DNA of 64,000 nt from Fimbriosthenelais zetlandica (Eukaryota), in assembly GCA_977030845.1 (NCBI GenBank), contig OZ365109.1, positions 61,752,001 through 61,816,000 on the forward strand. Direction: 5' to 3'. The position numbers and the translations under genes are program-made. This document shows, one piece after another, positions 61,501 to 64,000 of this stretch (positions within the stretch are counted from its first letter, which is position 1; each line of letters starts with the position of its first letter). Under the pieces are notes generated by a model. It did no database searches and was not told the DNA's origin. It saw only the letters and a program-made list of their open reading frames with translations.

Positions 61501-63798
61501 GGGCGAACCATACAGTAGCACCATAGGTGATGGATCCATACATGTCAACTAACTGAGCAGCGATGTGACTGAGTGGTAAATAACTGATGATATGATCTTC
61601 ACCAAACTGAAGCTGAGCTGATCTGCCCACCACCTGTGACGTCCATGTGATGTTATCATGACTTAACATCACACCTTTAGGACTGCCTGTCGTTCCCGAC
61701 TGAAAAAACAATGATATCTCCATCATTTAAAAACTGTATACGAATACATGTAAGGACTGCTCTGGGAAATAAAGGTGCGATCAAATTTAAACTGAAAAGA
61801 AATTCTAAATCACTTGAATAACTTACTGTGTATATAAGAGTAGAACATTTATTCGGAGCAAGTCCGCGGATCCTGCTTTGGAGTGTCTCAGTTGGCACGT
61901 CCTTTCCTTTCGCAATGAATTCCTCCCACTAATGTAAGAAAAAATCAGTTACTGTGTTATTATGAAAAGGAAATATCTGCTTCTGGTACACTGGTATTTA
62001 CTTTTAGTCTAATTGTTGACAATTTGAAAAAAGTACATCAACACATTAAAACTATATTAAGAACAATTGAGTGATGAACTATTAAGTAAAACTATGACCA
62101 GATAATAGTAAAATATTACTACCCAGACTATCACCTCTAGGATAATCAAGATTAGAAATGGTTAAATATCATATATATAAACGTACCGTGTACACATTGG
62201 CCCTCTTCTCTTCCACTTCTCCGCTGTATTGGACCACAGCTTTCAGTTTAGGTAATCTGTCCCACACTTTGAGGATTTTCTTTAGTTGTACTGTGTTCTC
62301 CACCACAATGATGTTAGCCCAGCAACTCTCAGCCACGTAATGACAGGCTTCTGGGGAGTTGGTTGTATAGATGCCAGTGGCAAGACCCCTACAGACGGGA
62401 AAACATAAACCCTTATCAATGAAATTAAGCAATAAAAGAAATCCCGATATAAAATGATAATATTCGATCATACACAAATTAGCTATTATGTTTCGAAAAT
62501 ATTATACTAGGTATAATTTCTAAATATGTGCAGCAGTAACAGTAAGAATGTGCGAGCACTGGAGAGGAGATCCTATGAATTATTATTAAACAAACAACAA
62601 AAATGCTTACCCGGCAAAGATGGCACCAATGTTAGAGAAGAACCATTCTGGAGAATTGAATCCAACGATGCCAACACCATGACTAGGTTCTAAACCTAGA
62701 GCGATGAAAGCTTTGGCTGTTTGCTGAACCACGTCAAGGTATTTCTTATAGGTCCACTTTACCCATTTACCGTCTCTCTTGTGAGCTAAAACGACATAAA
62801 TAGGATATAAAATTAACAAAAAACATTATAACTTTATAATGATAATTAATGAGCTAACTAAAGAAGTTCACTGGCATGACATATGCTACTGTAGGGAATA
62901 TCTCAGCAGTCATTAATCTTGACATTATTTTGAGTTTGAGCATATTACCTAAGGCAACGTTATCTGGGATGCGCTTGACTGTATTGTGGAGCATTGTTGG
63001 TATAGATATAGGTTTGTTGGCGGGAACACCTGTGTCACCCAACCTCAGTTTAACTGGTACATCTCTGTCCCAGGAGGTCAGGCTGGAGGCTGGGAGGACC
63101 TCATCAGGTCCATTACCGGTTTCTGTTGCTGCTGTTAATTCTACTACTGCTGCTGTTTCAGCTGTTGATGCTTCTACTGTTACTGAATCTGCTACTGATG
63201 TTGCTGCTGCAACTGTTGCTGCTTGTGCTGCTGGTATTATTTCTTCTACTGTTACTGGTTCTGCCGTTGATTCTGCTACTGCTTCCACAGCTGCTGTTAC
63301 TTCTGATTCCTCTGTTACTGTTTCTGCCTCAGCTCTTTCTGTTACAATTGGCGCTGTTTCTGTTTCTGTTTCTGCTGCTACTCGTTCAGCATCTGTCAGG
63401 AAGTATCGCGAGGAAAAATATTACTCTCACTAATCAATACTATTCTTGTTAGAATAATGTTCCTGAGATATACTCATCCAATCCATGGGACCATTTAGAT
63501 TTCACATTTCAATTAGGAAGAAGATCTCTATTACAGAATCAAGGAGAGACAACCTTCAGATGATCATTAATAATCTTAATAATCTTAAATTAATCTTCCC
63601 ACATAGAAAGTAATTAAAAATGGACATAAAACAAACTATACCGGTAATAAATGTAATACTTTACCTTTTGTCTGGAGGTCAGCCTCAGTTGTGACCGGAG
63701 CATCCCCGCCTGCTCCGCTATCATTTTCCTCCTCAAATTTGTTCTCCATGTAGGATACTGGAGTTACCTCTGTAGGTGTGGTTTGCAATGAGCCAACT
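58518..63798 (-). CDS. ACSBG2: Long-chain-fatty-acid--CoA ligase, bubblegum family (ACSBG2-like); 5' end probably outside the window
   Basis: Exons 63798-63665, 63392-62949, 62785-62611, 62388-62187, 61928-61827, 61699-61484, 61271-61090, 60438-60254, 60019-59910, 59685-59395, 59172-58929, 58594-58518 (TGA). Motifs IYTSGTTGSPKGVMLSHDN, SYLPLSHIAAQ, FLGVPRVWEK, EIYGMSE, GWLHTGDIG, ITGRIKELLITAGGENVAP, DFSIPGGELGPT. Confidence 0.93.
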
Positions 63799-64000
63799 CT
63801 AGCAATGAGAAATTTCAGACATTGTACTTTCATGAATAAAGCATTGGTTTTATAATAGATCCCTCATACATATATATATTACTAATTCACCGTCTCTGTA
63901 ATCAGTTAAATCTATAGTTTATCAAATATTATATATTATATTATATATTATATATTATCAAATGGGCCCAGACATATTTTAGTATAGAATAAAATAAGAC

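Noticed and set aside
62876-63452. Plus-strand ORFs (62876..63433; poly-Leu 63126..63452)
   Set aside because: Antisense shadows of the low-complexity ACSBG exon.

Overview
AT-rich, intron-rich genomic DNA of a bilaterian invertebrate, probably marine. Frequent TAGGCCTA/TACATGTA words hint at a lophotrochozoan or ambulacrarian, but the taxon cannot be fixed from sequence alone. Six spliced protein-coding genes were reconstructed by hand with GT-AG junctions and matching phases: SPOUT1/C9orf114 (+, 5' partial); a PH + IRS-type PTB Dok/IRS-like adaptor (-, ~705 aa); NPDC1/cab-1-like (+, head-to-head with the adaptor, two candidate signal-peptide exons and two candidate juxtamembrane exons); a 4x C2H2 zinc-finger protein with an unnamed N-terminal domain (-); DCTN3 (-, 186 aa); and an ACSBG (bubblegum) acyl-CoA ligase (-, 5' partial). 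Introns carry nested non-autonomous DNA transposons and a 1.13-kb fold-back palindrome. The most unusual feature is a ~4.9-kb higher-order tandem array (51.9-56.8 kb) filling the ACSBG-DCTN3 intergenic space. It holds 11 degenerate tRNA-like cassettes (A-box, B-box intact in 6, T-run terminator) spaced 362-465 bp apart, several with UCA/UUA anticodon loops inside DNA palindromes, interleaved with 15-bp-periodic CAGATGG E-box repeats. All coordinates and counts were read by eye; no searches were run.
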